A stretch of 64,000 bases of DNA from Coniocarpon cinnabarinum (taxonomy: Eukaryota): NCBI GenBank assembly GCA_051942205.1, contig JAVECO010000028.1:1-64000 (forward strand). The letters run 5' to 3'. A program made the position numbers and the translations under genes. The notes beneath the pieces are model-generated. The model saw only the letters and a list, made by a program, of their open reading frames with translations. It did no database searches and had not been told where the DNA came from. Position 1 is the stretch's first letter, and every line of letters starts with the position of its first letter. Positions 50,600-62,406 of this stretch are shown here, in pieces.

Positions 50600-51266
50600 A
50601 TGAATATATCCCACCTGGGAGGCTTCGATCCGCGCCAACGCCAACGCAACACCACTCTTCTCGATCGTGACTTCGCAGATGGAAGATTCAACTTGCGCTC
50701 ATCATCTCCGGGGCTTTTTGTAACGCCAGCTCCATCCTTTCGAAATCAGAGGACCATGCCAAAGCCAGCTAGCCAGATGACCCAAAACCGCATCCTCTAT
50801 CTCGGAGGGACCCATTACAATGTAACAGTTCTTTATCTTTTCTATTGCTCGCCGACTTACTTAGAACTAGATTGAGCGCAAGCGCAAGTACGCGAATACT
50901 TCACGCTCCAGAAGCATGAGTCCGGGTGAGCACATGGCTACGCAATACGTCGCCTATGAGACGGACTCCGACGAAGATGACGAGGTCGGTGCGAATCTTT
51001 CGAAATACCGCAAGACGCGCGATATGGTCTCGAGAATGAAGGCTGGACGTCGACTTGGCTCTGCTAAGGATGGAAAGATTAGCGGCAAGGGCGACAGCAA
51101 GAAAGATGATGGGAACGGTAGTCGAAACGGGAGTAGGATGCTCGGGAGAGTTGATGATGAGCAGGTGCGGAAGATGCGGAGTTCGTTTTTGGCGAAGATG
51201 GAGATGGGGAAGAAGGGCAAGAGGTTTGGGTTGGGCAAGGGGAAAAGAGGTACTGGTAGGAAATAA
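50600..51266 (+). CDS. Hypothetical basic/low-complexity protein (2 exons)
   Basis: GTAACA...TAG intron (50822-50870) joins the two ORFs in frame; SPGLFVTP and KRK motifs. Confidence 0.5.
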
Positions 51267-51537
51267 GAGCAGGGTGCTGACGGCGGGTGGATGAGATGAG
51301 CCACGTGAGGTGATTTGAGTAGAGTGAAGCATCTGTTTGGAGGATTTAGCAGCTCTGTTGTTGGAGATACAATCCTCTTCACCTTACTATTATCTGCTCA
51401 GCTATTTGCTCAATCAAGCACGGCTGAGTCCATACCGTAGCAGCGAAATGCAAATTGCATTGCCGTAAGTGAGAAAGTCCCGCATCCGTTGCGTTGCTTC
51501 GATATCGAGCGAGAGTTTGCAACGCCAGTCAAATCCA

Positions 51538-52664
51538 TCAGGGAATCTCAACGACGATCTTCTTGGCGGACACGCCTTGCGACCATCTATCCAGTGCACC
51601 CTGAACGCTCTCAAGGCCTTGACCAGACACTTCGGTATCGGGTGCGCATTTCAGAGTCCCATCAGCTAGAGCCGCCGGGATCCAGTCATGAAAGAGGTAC
51701 CGCCCCACCTCGCTGTGCTTGATGGTAGTTCCCCATGCTAATGTCAGTGGTCAGCTCTCCAGCTCACTTCAAAGTTGCGAGTATAGGATCACTCACTTCG
51801 ACCGATCTCAATGTTCTTTGGGAAGTCGTTTGGGATCTCCATTGTGGCTGGAATGACGGTTGCCAGGTAATGGCGGCCTTGGGCCTTGCTTGCGATTTCG
51901 CCGCATTGATCCAGACCAGGCGCATTGGGGTTGAATCCTACCATTGCTGCAAGCACACCCGCGCACTTCTTCCCGTTGAGTATCCCGAGCACGTCCTCAA
52001 CCACGCTATCTTTCTTGTAGTCAAAGGCGTAGTCTGCGCCAAGATTCTTCGCAAACTCGAAGTTGTGTTCGCTGCACGTCGCTATCACATCGTATCCGGA
52101 CGCTTTCGCCATTTGCACTGCGTTAGCACCTACAGCCGAGCCAACACCCCACACAACGAAGACTTCACCCTTTTTGCTGATGTTGTTGCCTACTTGAGGA
52201 AGTGGCAGTCCCAGACTTGTTGTCTCATACAACGCAGCCGCCGCAGTGCAGAAGCAAAGCGGCAAGACGCTGGCTTCTTTGAAACTGACCCCGTCTGGGA
52301 TCTTGGCCGTCAGCATGTGGTTGGCTGCTGTGTACAGTTGAAAGGCCCCTCGTCCCCTGGCGTCAGGAACACTAGGGTCAGCGCCATCGGTCTCAGCAAG
52401 GACACGGTCGCCGACTTTGAAGTTGGTGACGCTCGAGCCAACTGCTGTGATGACTCCTGCGACGTCGGTGCCTAGGATGTAGGGGTAGTCCTGGACGATC
52501 ACGCCCATACTTTGGATGAAGGCATCAACAGGATTGATGCTGACGGCATGAACGCGGACAACGACTTCGTTCGGGTCAGGCGTCCGCATGGGAGCCGGGC
52601 CAACAGACAGTGGGCGGGCTTGTTTGGCATCTAGCCAGGCGGCTTTGTTTTGGATGGTCGACAT
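51538..52664 (-). CDS. Zn-binding MDR / enoyl-reductase-like oxidoreductase (CipB-like), 2 exons
   Basis: NKAAWL, SINPVD, LGTDVAG, GAFQLY, WGVGSAVG, LGADYAFDY; last exon ends GVSAKKIVVEIP*. Confidence 0.92.
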
Positions 52665-53448
52665 GGTTCAATTAGGAGAACGATTGGCGTGAAGCGGGCT
52701 GCAATCTGGGCACCGTCTTTGAAGTTTGTAGGCTTTTTAGCAAAATTAAGGCTGGTTGCAGTATTTGGATACGAGCAGCTTTGAAAGGCATCGTGGTGGT
52801 CTCTTATATCCTGCTCGCCGGCGTATCTGATCGCCGTAGCACGGACTTACTGTGCTCTCCGCCGGCAAGCGCACAGGAAGCTCGTCGTTCCGAGCCATCC
52901 TCAGTGGATCTGATGAAGTCAGACGGGCTCAAGTATATAGTAGAGATGGAAAGAGGGATCTGTAAGTCGGGCCAACAAACTAGACACTAGTCCGTGAACA
53001 GTAAACGCTGGCGCCAAGACGTACTGCCACTCGATCAACTTGCCGTGCCACTGATATATCAACGGAGATAACTTGACCCGATCCGCCCAGTTGACGGCAC
53101 GGATACCCCTGACTTGCTTTCTTTACCAAACTGCTTCTACATCCTTCGAGTCTTGCTGACCAACACTATTGACAGTCACGCAGCATGCGGGCGACTGCAT
53201 AACAGCTCGGTGTGCAAGGCGGCCTGCGACCTCGCACAACTACCGATAGCCTATGATGTGCTGCTCTGAATATTGTTCTGCCTCGCTGGGGATTCACAAC
53301 AGGCTCTACGAGCTGTGCGGCTTCCACCTTGACGATGACCCCGCTCTTGGTGACGTGCGTCGACAACAGTCTCCGATTTTGCCAGTGTCTTTTTTGAAGA
53401 GCGTTTTTCCTTTCATCTCATTCGTGTTCAGATGGATGATGTGCAGAT

Positions 53449-55560
53449 ATGGATCCCATCAGTGCTTTGTCGCTTGCTGGTAATATTATCACCCTTGTTC
53501 AATTCGGCTCACAGATCGTGGGCCTTTGCCGCAAGGTTCATAACGGACAACAGCCACTCGAAGACATAGCCAAGTGCACTGAGGACTTCGAGGAGGCATT
53601 AAAGGCCCTCACCGTTGATCTCGAGGACAACGAGCAGAACGATCAAAAAGGAAGACCGGATCGCTCTAAGGATGATTTGGTCCGACTCAGCAGAGATAGC
53701 GTGTCTACCGCGAAAGACTTGCGGCAGAGATTTTAAAGTCTTGGGCTTTCGAACGCGACTGGAAGTTGGTGAGAAGATGTTCTGGCTTCAAGGCTGATAT
53801 TCTTGCATCTACAGCTTAGTCACGCGGCTGAGTCACATACTCTATGCTGACAAGTTGACATACAGGACGAAGGCTTTGTATCGTACCGGCAAATTGAAGC
53901 TTCAAATGAATGACATTGGCAAGCTCGATCAGCGACTAAAGCGCAATCGCGAGGCGTTGGACACTTGTGTTTTGATAGATCTTCGGTATGTTCGAGCCTT
54001 TTAGCCAACAGCTGTGTCATCAAAATCTGTGAACCCACAGCTTGTTCATAGAGAATTACACGCTGACGTGGTATTAGAAGTTACTCAAAATTTAAAGAAG
54101 TTCGACAGCGGCAGGGCTTTGAAACGCTACACAGTGCCGCACGAGAGCTCTACACGCAGCTCATCCAACAACATTAGGATCTCAATGACCGAGCTATTGC
54201 ATTGCATAGGTCTACGCGCGAACATGTGACTAGTGAAATTGAGCATCTTAAGATCGATATAAATATCCCAAGCTCGAGCAAGAATGTGGAGATGTTTCAC
54301 GCAGATGTTGACAAGGTGTTCGCTTCTGAACAAAGCCGTCACAAGAAACTATTGCGAAGCCTTGCTTCTCCCGAAATGAGGACTCGCATTGACGAAGTCG
54401 CAGACCCTCATCAGAAAACTTTCCAATGGATATTTGAAGCCAAACATAGCGACGACGAGCGTCCTTGGTAAGATTTTGTGGAGTGGTTGCGCAGCGACGG
54501 CGAAATATACTGGATCAAAGGGAAGTTTAGCTCTAGCAAGTCAACATTGTTACGATACTTATTTCAACATGCTAAGACGCTGAGCGAACTAAAAACATGG
54601 GCGTTAAACAGAGATTTAGTGATTGTCCCATTTTTCTTGTCGAGATTTGGATCCAAATTGCAGCAGAGCGCTATCGGTCTCTTTCGATCAATACTGTATG
54701 GCGTCTTGGACAAACATCCGAGTCTTGTGTCGTCGCTTGTCTTTGACGAAGCCTTTGAGATAATGGATTGGACAGAGCGTAGGGTGCTTCTGCTGCTCAA
54801 TCGAGCGCTTACAGCTGACGCGGATTCGAGATGCTTTTGCTTCTTTGTCGATGCTTTAGACAAACTAGACGGTGAAATTGAAGAACTCCTCCAACAAATA
54901 AAACAAATAGCGGAGCTACGAAACGTCAAGGTCTGTTTAACGAGTCGATCAGAGCTTGTTATCAGACATGCGCTCAAAGGTCAACCAAGTCTGAATATAC
55001 AAAGCCTGACGTATGACGACATAGCATGTCATGTAGACGAGAGCTTCAAAGCTGCCGTTGAACAGCATGAAGGACATACTGAATGGTATAAAGACTGCAT
55101 GCTGCGCGACCTCAAATCGGAGCTCGTCGATGCCGTTTTTTTGTGGGTAAAATTGGCTCTAGGATCTGTGCGGCAGGTACGTATTCTCTGCATTAAAAAG
55201 ATTCATCCCACCCAGAAACGAGCCAATAACCATGGCACTCATCACTTCCAACCATGTCAGCAAGAGGTGCGTCCCAAACTCGGAATTCTCTCCCGTCGTA
55301 CACCTTTTATAGGGTTTTTCAAAATGATGGCTGCGGATATGATAGGAAGAGAATGGGACTTAGAGAGTCGTCTGAAGACTTGGCAAGCCGTATGCCGTCA
55401 CATACTCAGCGTTGTTGAACACAACGAAGGCATGATTGATTGTCAGCGCTGCGAAATAAAACTCGAATCAGCTAGGTATGGCACAATCCGTGGTCGAATG
55501 GTGGGTGACAGCTCGCGAATGGAGTTCTCTAATGCGAAAACGGAGCCTTGCGAAATCTAG
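53449..55560 (+). pseudogene. Decayed fungal NLR: SesA/HeLo-like N-terminus plus NACHT
   Basis: MDPISALSLAGNIITLVQFG; PHQKTFQWIF; broken Walker A WIKGKFSSSKST and Walker B FFVDALDK; KVCLTSR, VFLWVKL; in-frame TAA at 53734 and 54469. Confidence 0.85.
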
Positions 55561-56093
55561 CAACAGGGATCTGTCAACGTTGAAGCCACAATCAATCAGA
55601 CACATCCCAAAATGATACATCAACGTATTTCAGGTTTCTAAGAATGAAGACAGGCCATGAACACGGTCAAAGTATACAAGCGTGATCTAAATCTATGTTT
55701 GTTCCTGCCTTATCTTTTATGATGCGGACAAACGCTACGAGACTCACCGTCTCAACCCAAGATACCGGCTCATCCACGTGATCGGTTCGCGCCCATGGAC
55801 AGGCCCTTCTTCGTCATGCTGAGTCGATTCGCGCATCACAAGCTCTAACTTGGCCTATCCCGGAATGCGGCGGCGGAGAGCATATACAGACAACGACACG
55901 CCAGCGTAAAGCTTATGGGTTCAAATACTCAAGATTTAAAATCCTAGTGTTACAAAGCATCAAGCATCACGATTATATCACAACATCTTCAGCGACATAG
56001 CTCGTAAGCTCGTCGTATACAGGCAGATCTTCTGAGAAATCTGTCCAGCGCGTCGTGCAATATATATATGTACCATTCACCTTCCCCAACACC

Positions 56094-56865
56094 ATCAACA
56101 GTCCGCCCGGCGGGTTGCTGACGTCACGTGAGACTGCGGAGTCGTGTTTGCGCGTCGAGGCTGTTCCCTGCGCATGGCAAAGAAGGGAAGACCGCAGAGC
56201 ATGATATTAATGGCGGACACAGCCGTCTGACCAGCTGCGTTCCGCTGCGGTGTGCAGTGGCTTTCGTCAGGTGGTGTCTCTGGTTGTATGCGCTCCGTGG
56301 AATGATCAGCGCCTTGGCTAGATGCGCTGGCACTATCTTCTGATTTGCAATGTCAATGCACTGGCGTTTCTGGACAGCTAATTGAGACCTTACTGTAATG
56401 CGGACTTTTAGAGGGGGATTGTCCGGATGGAAGTGGTGGTGTGGTTGATGTAGGTGGCTTTGACACATTAATTTGAGAGCGTCTCACGTCTGGGGACTGG
56501 TCTCCAAAGCGTGTCGCCCCAGAACGGCCACGAGCCTGCCCGGCAGCTTCATGGCCCGAAATTTCATGACTGGGCGAGCGCGATGAAGAAGATGTTTGCG
56601 CTTTTTGGCTGTGTGCCTTAGCCTGGGAGTGACGTTGGCAATCGCTCGTGCGATCATTCGGAGTTAAGTCCGATGAAGGTGCCGCTACGTTGACGGTGAG
56701 GTGGTCGCCAATCGTGTAGCAATAACCATTGCGAGCATTGAAGTTGTTGTAATGGTGACCACTGCGCGACTGCAGTGGATTGTATGGGGTGTTATTATTT
56801 GGTGAATCAATGAGGGAAGATGGATGAGGTGAAGACTGGCAGGAGGAGCAAAGGTGGAATGACAT
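56094..56865 (-). CDS. Small S/P-rich protein with two HRAM-like repeats (2 predicted exons)
   Basis: ORF 56353-56883; GTAAGG donor, TTGAC branch and CAG acceptor (about 56340-56393) splice in frame to a second open exon ending RRADC*. Confidence 0.5.
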
Positions 56866-56930
56866 GGCTGTGGCGCAACTCAACCGCCGCGCCTACCAAG
56901 GTAAGCTGCAAGCCTCAAGATGACAAAAGT

Positions 56931-56968
56931 GAAATCGGCCAGGAAATCGGCCAAGAAATCGGCCAAGA
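56931..56968 (+). repeat. 12-bp tandem repeat (GAAATCGGCCAR)x3
   Basis: gaaatcggccag gaaatcggccaa gaaatcggccaa. Confidence 0.85.
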
Positions 56969-59900
56969 GTGAGGCTGTGCAAGCGCTCTCGCCGGCGCCA
57001 GTATTTTTCAGGAATGTATCGCAATGTCTGCTATTATTCTGACCAACACATGTCCCAGAAAGCGACACAACTTGCTTCTAGATGATAGCTGGAAGGGCAA
57101 TGTCATTCGTGAGCTGTGTATGGGTCGGATCGTACGAATGAATGGGTAGAGATTCCGTGAAGGCTGTCTGCTGGGGAGGGACTGGGCTGTTTCCTACAGC
57201 CGGGCGAAACTGCTGTGGCCAAAAAGCTCTGGTACGCGTGGCAACGGTGCGGGCCACCCCTTTCCAAGTGAAAGCTGCCTGTTGAAGTTTCTGGATGTCT
57301 TTGCCAAAGTGTCAATAGAAACAATCAGCTCTCAGCGCCTGTCCAACACCCGCGACGTTATCTCCACGGAAGCAGAATGTCTTTGTAGCATAGGCTCGTA
57401 CAAGATGACTGATATGTTGTTTCTCCCTCGGAGGAAATTTTGGTTCTCACGCTGCCGGGCAAGCGACGGGATAGGGACGACAGAGCGACAGTACGACAGG
57501 CGAAACGAGCGGGGTCGCTTTCAACAAGACGTGGATCGCGCATAGAAGCATAGAACGGATCAAGTCTGACACGCTTAACACGGCTCTCCTGGTGCTCTAG
57601 CTTCGAGGCAGAATACATACGAAGCCGCAGGCAGCCGGACGCGTTGTGCGAACTAGGGTCTGTTCATATACAGTACTCACGGAAGGTCCGGATCTTTCGA
57701 CTCGTCGAAGGCAGCGAGCAGATCGTCGACAAGAAATGCTGTACGGAGTAGTGTCGCGCACCATCCGTACGTAAATCACGTGATTTTTAGTGGTAGGGGC
57801 AAGCGCCTGGGACAAAAGTCGTTGCCGGATCTCACCCTATGCGACGAGCATGTACGATAAGCACAATGCAGGTTACAAATCTATGAGTATAGCGGCGAAA
57901 GGTCATTGTTAGCGAACAGACACTGAATTATAGTGCGGCAATGACTACCCTACGAAGCCCTTGGGGTGAGTCGGCGCACCATTGGGTGACCAAGCGCCCT
58001 ACAAGCATCAGTCCGCATATTAAACGAGCCCATCAAGCAATTGCAGCAAAGCATGTTAACGATATTCTCAGGGGACAATCTATCCATTACTCATAGCGTT
58101 GATCTTTACACGCGGTGTGTTTCGTCTTCCAAAGCTGAAAATATGAATGCTAGTACTCGGCGACATGGCATTGATTAATACGGATAATTTGGGAAAGGCA
58201 TACTGAGCATTACAAGATTCGCAGATGAGTAGTGTGTTCTACCAAAGAATTTGGCGCTCGAACTTGGCTTCTTCACGGGCCCGAGCAGCACTATAGTTTA
58301 GTTACCAAATCCCTGGTCTGCTTATCGACCTCGTCAAAACTCACATACCATTCACATGACAGATGACGCAGAGAGAGTCTCTAGGCGATCATGTTTTGAC
58401 GTGGACTGGTGGCGTTGAATCTAAGCATGCGACCTAGCGCTATTTTCCCATAGCCACGCATTCCCTTACAGCCTCGATGGCTCTTCACACCCTGATAGTG
58501 CGCAGTGCAGAGGCTCAGAGCCGGAATAATGCAGAAGCTACAACAACATTAGAAGTACATCTACGGCCTATAGCAATATGTAATGCTATTGCTTGAGCTT
58601 GCCTAACATCGCTGAAGAAGTGTCCTCGGTCATACATCTAACACTGAGACATGGATTAACCCGCTTTGTGGAGCAGTTGTGCTTCCGACAGACCTGGGCC
58701 AAGTCGATCAAGCCTTGGGATGTGTAGAAGAGCGGATATATGCACCCAAAGAAGGCCGGTCAATCGTGACAGCAATGCTTCGCAACCTGAATCACGTTCG
58801 CGGTGTAACTATCAGCCATGAGTATGATGGCAATCAGCAATGTGAACCTCATTGCGAATCGTCGGAACACCGTATTAGCTTCAGTCGAGGATAACCGATT
58901 GCTTGCTTGATTACAACAAATGCAGATTCCAAAATCCCCGCGCCGCATGATTAGTCGATGGTTCCGAGCCAGAGACAATTCGTTAACGCATGTTTCAAAT
59001 CAACCTACACTCGCAATCCCTCACGCATGCAGGTCTGTCGTTATTTCGCCAAGACGAGACCTGCATGCGGCTAATGAAACCGCACTGCGGTGGGCCAGCT
59101 GATCTGATGTGAGATTTCGCGTTCAACCAATGCCAGGTAAGGAGCAGATCGTGTGAGCGAAGTCGAGGCGTTCAACGGCTCGGTGTACGGTCCAGTTATT
59201 CACATCGCATCAACCGAAGCGACACGCCCAGCAAGAAGAGAGACGATTGCGGGACAATAGAGATATATGTCTCTGTTTTGCTGCCGGGCGCTATGGGCCC
59301 ATCTAGAGCCTTCTGAGCATAGCTAGATGGGTAGCCTGGAGGGCGGGGTAGAGTTGGCGAGGTTGTTGCATGGTGGATGATGCTCGACGATAAGGTCAGC
59401 CGTGAAACAAGATGAGTCGACGATCCAACACAGCCTTCTAGTCTGCTTAGACTGATACCTGGGGGCTTCTTCGCTTCTGACGTCAGGGTTCCTGTCCGTT
59501 TCTCGCACAAGCAGAGATGCAAACAATACTGGCGTCGCATCAGGATCTTGAGGGTGGACACTACAGCAACAAGGTGGGGCTGCTGACGGTAGTAGTGCAG
59601 CAGGAATTGGCCATGTATCAGCCATGCACGTGCAGACTGGTAAGCGCTGATGAATGCATCTGCTAAGCAACGCTCGCTCCCTCTGCTATTGGCCGGTAAC
59701 ACTATTGGACCCGGCCTTTGATTATGGACTCCCCTGCCGCTAGCTCAGCAGGACTAGGAATGCTAGGCCACAAGGAGGTCGAGAGCTCTGCTTCTGTCGC
59801 GCTCCATCTCACTCGGCGGCTTCCACGAGTCGCACACCACACCGTCAGGCGAAAGGGCCCAAAACGCTGTCAGGCTAGAAGACAAACGTAAGCGGTGGAC

Positions 59901-60042
59901 TCGGCTTGCTCTCGCAGTGTCGTGTAGAACACATCTATTAACGCAGGGGACGCGGGTTCGTCCTCCTAGGTTCCTGTCCCTCCTCACGGTGTAAAGCAGA
60001 GCTCAAACCAAGCCCAAGTATAGACTCACCAGTACTCACCTC

Positions 60043-61967
60043 ATGTCAAATCAAGCTTCCAGCCATAAACGCATACGTGCTCGACGCGCGTGCATTCCTT
60101 GCCAGCAACGGAAGCGCAAGTGTGATGGAAATCAACCTTGTTCATCGTGCGATGGATATGTAGGGACACGACGAGCCCATCTACCCGCGGCAATTGCGGA
60201 CTAACAAAGTTTCCAGGGATATGTTTGTGTCTTTGACCGCCCAGAGGCGGCGCCTCCAAGTCCTCGCGCAACACCTCCCATGCAAGACGTAGAACTCAGA
60301 CACAGAATCACTTGCGTCGCGGGAGACGTGGTAGAGAGTATCCGGTAAGCTGCCGAACTTGGCCAATGTGTGGCCAAAAAGGTCATAGATTGTGTTACTA
60401 ATCAATCCAACGCAGAAAGCATGTCCTGCCAAAGCCAGCGGCGGATCAGGTCACGATTCTTGACGCGACAAAGTCAAGGTTCTACGGTCGACATGCCGCA
60501 ATCGCCTTCCCTCATCTTCTAGATCTTGAACTTCAAGCGGAGCCCGTACCCAAACTACAATGCCATGCGTGGAGCGTAGAGATCCGGCCCCGGCCATCCC
60601 AGCGAGTAGCGAACAGCATCACGGACATGGTAGACGCCCAAGCTGCAAAAGGTTATATCGACGACTTCTTCGAACACGTCCACCCGCTGTATGCGTGCCT
60701 TGATCGTAGCAGTTTCACAAAGAGATGCGCCAACTTGTGGAGTGGAAATGAGGACCCCATATTCGGTACAATGGCAGCAGCCGCGATCGCTCTTGGCTCT
60801 TACTTGGCCGATGAGCCGCTCGAGAACGAGTTGGAGGTCTCGAAACTTTGTGATGATATGCTGCAAGACCCTGCACAGACGTCAGACTTGGAGCCTTGCA
60901 ATATTGCAGCCATGATTTTTAACTCAATATACATGCGCCTTACCAGCACACATGCTGTCACGTGGGCCAGAAGTTGTACCACCATGCATGGAATAGAATC
61001 ACTCGGACTGCATAAAGATTTCGACGAGATGACAAACTCCGTTGGGGCGCCAGAGCTGGTTGACACCTGGGAATTGGGCTATCGAAGTAAGCTCTTCTGG
61101 GTGGCTTGGAGTTTCCATAAGAGTCTTTCCAGTGCGACAGGCCGTTCGCCCGTAAAGATCGACGAAGTGACGGTGAAATATCCATTCTCGTCCACCGACG
61201 AGTCCGCAACAGCAGCTATTTGTGAGCTCGGAAAACTGGTCCCGCAACGTGACATCAGCCACTTACTCAGCAAAAGCACATCTGAGCAGTCTCAGTATTT
61301 CACCGACATTCTGAGAAAGCTGCGTGACATCAAACGGTCACACCCTGTAGTGTCACTCGCTGCAGCAGATGTAGCCTCTAGTGTTTACCGTCGACTACTC
61401 GTGGCTGGAGCAAGACATACCATCCCTATGCAAGTCGGCGACTTGGGCGCAATATATGAAGCCGCGCTCGCAGCAGCAGAATCACTTCTCGACTTGGATC
61501 AGCCATGGTGGCATCTCGTGGACACGATATTCCAGCTTACCTGTGTCGTAATCTCCTTCGACACCTTGCAAAAGCACGCTACTCTCCGACGGTCAATGAG
61601 AGTCCTTGAGCGAGTAAACGAGCGCTACCACACCGACAATACACGAGACGCCCTGGAAACATGCCGTTGCCTGGTACGAGCTTTCACAGAGAAAAACCGT
61701 CGCGAGCTTGCGGCTTTGAGCGAGTTTCATTTCGATGAACCGATGACAGCAGCCACGCACCCTAGGATTCAGACTCCTCCTAGCGAACAGCCACCATCGC
61801 TATATCAACAGCAGCAGCTGCAACATGCACAGCCATCCACGTTCATGACAGACGAAACAATGTTCGGCACACAGGCCGAAATGCCAGACTTGTTGTCACA
61901 GTGGGCAGGTCCTTTTGATTGGGCAGGTCCATCAGGGGTTGAATGGAATTATTCTCAAGTCTACTAA
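60043..61967 (+). CDS. Zn(II)2Cys6 transcription factor, Rdr1-like (3 exons)
   Basis: RARRACIPCQQRKRKCDGNQPCSSCDGY|GYVC; KSRFYGRHAAIAFP; TMHGIESLGLH, KLFWVAW, QPWWH. Confidence 0.88.
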
Positions 61968-62406
61968 TTGTCTCGGACTTGGGACTTCAACGACCGTATT
62001 GCTAATCTAGCTAAAGGTGCTGGGAATATGGAACACTCGAATGAGGGATTGAGCTTTATGGAATAGTAATGAAATGGTGTTCTAGAGACTCATACGATTT
62101 GCTTCGTAAGACGCCTGTAAAAGCTCTTAAAACTAAAATAGGGCTCGGTGATTGTTTAGATCAATGAGATAAGATCAAAACGCTAGCACAGAAACGGACA
62201 TGTTGGCATGGCGATCGGGACTGTAAACAAGCTCGAGTCTTCGTGGCAAGGTGGGCTTCTGTTCCGCAGTGTGTATTACAGTCTCGAAAGGAGGTTCTGG
62301 AGCAAAATCTATCTCTGTCGAAGATACAACATATTGTTATTTCCGAACAGACTTCGTTCCTGGCGTTTACAGCGACAGCCCAGCTGCACTCTCATTACTC
62401 TCCGCT

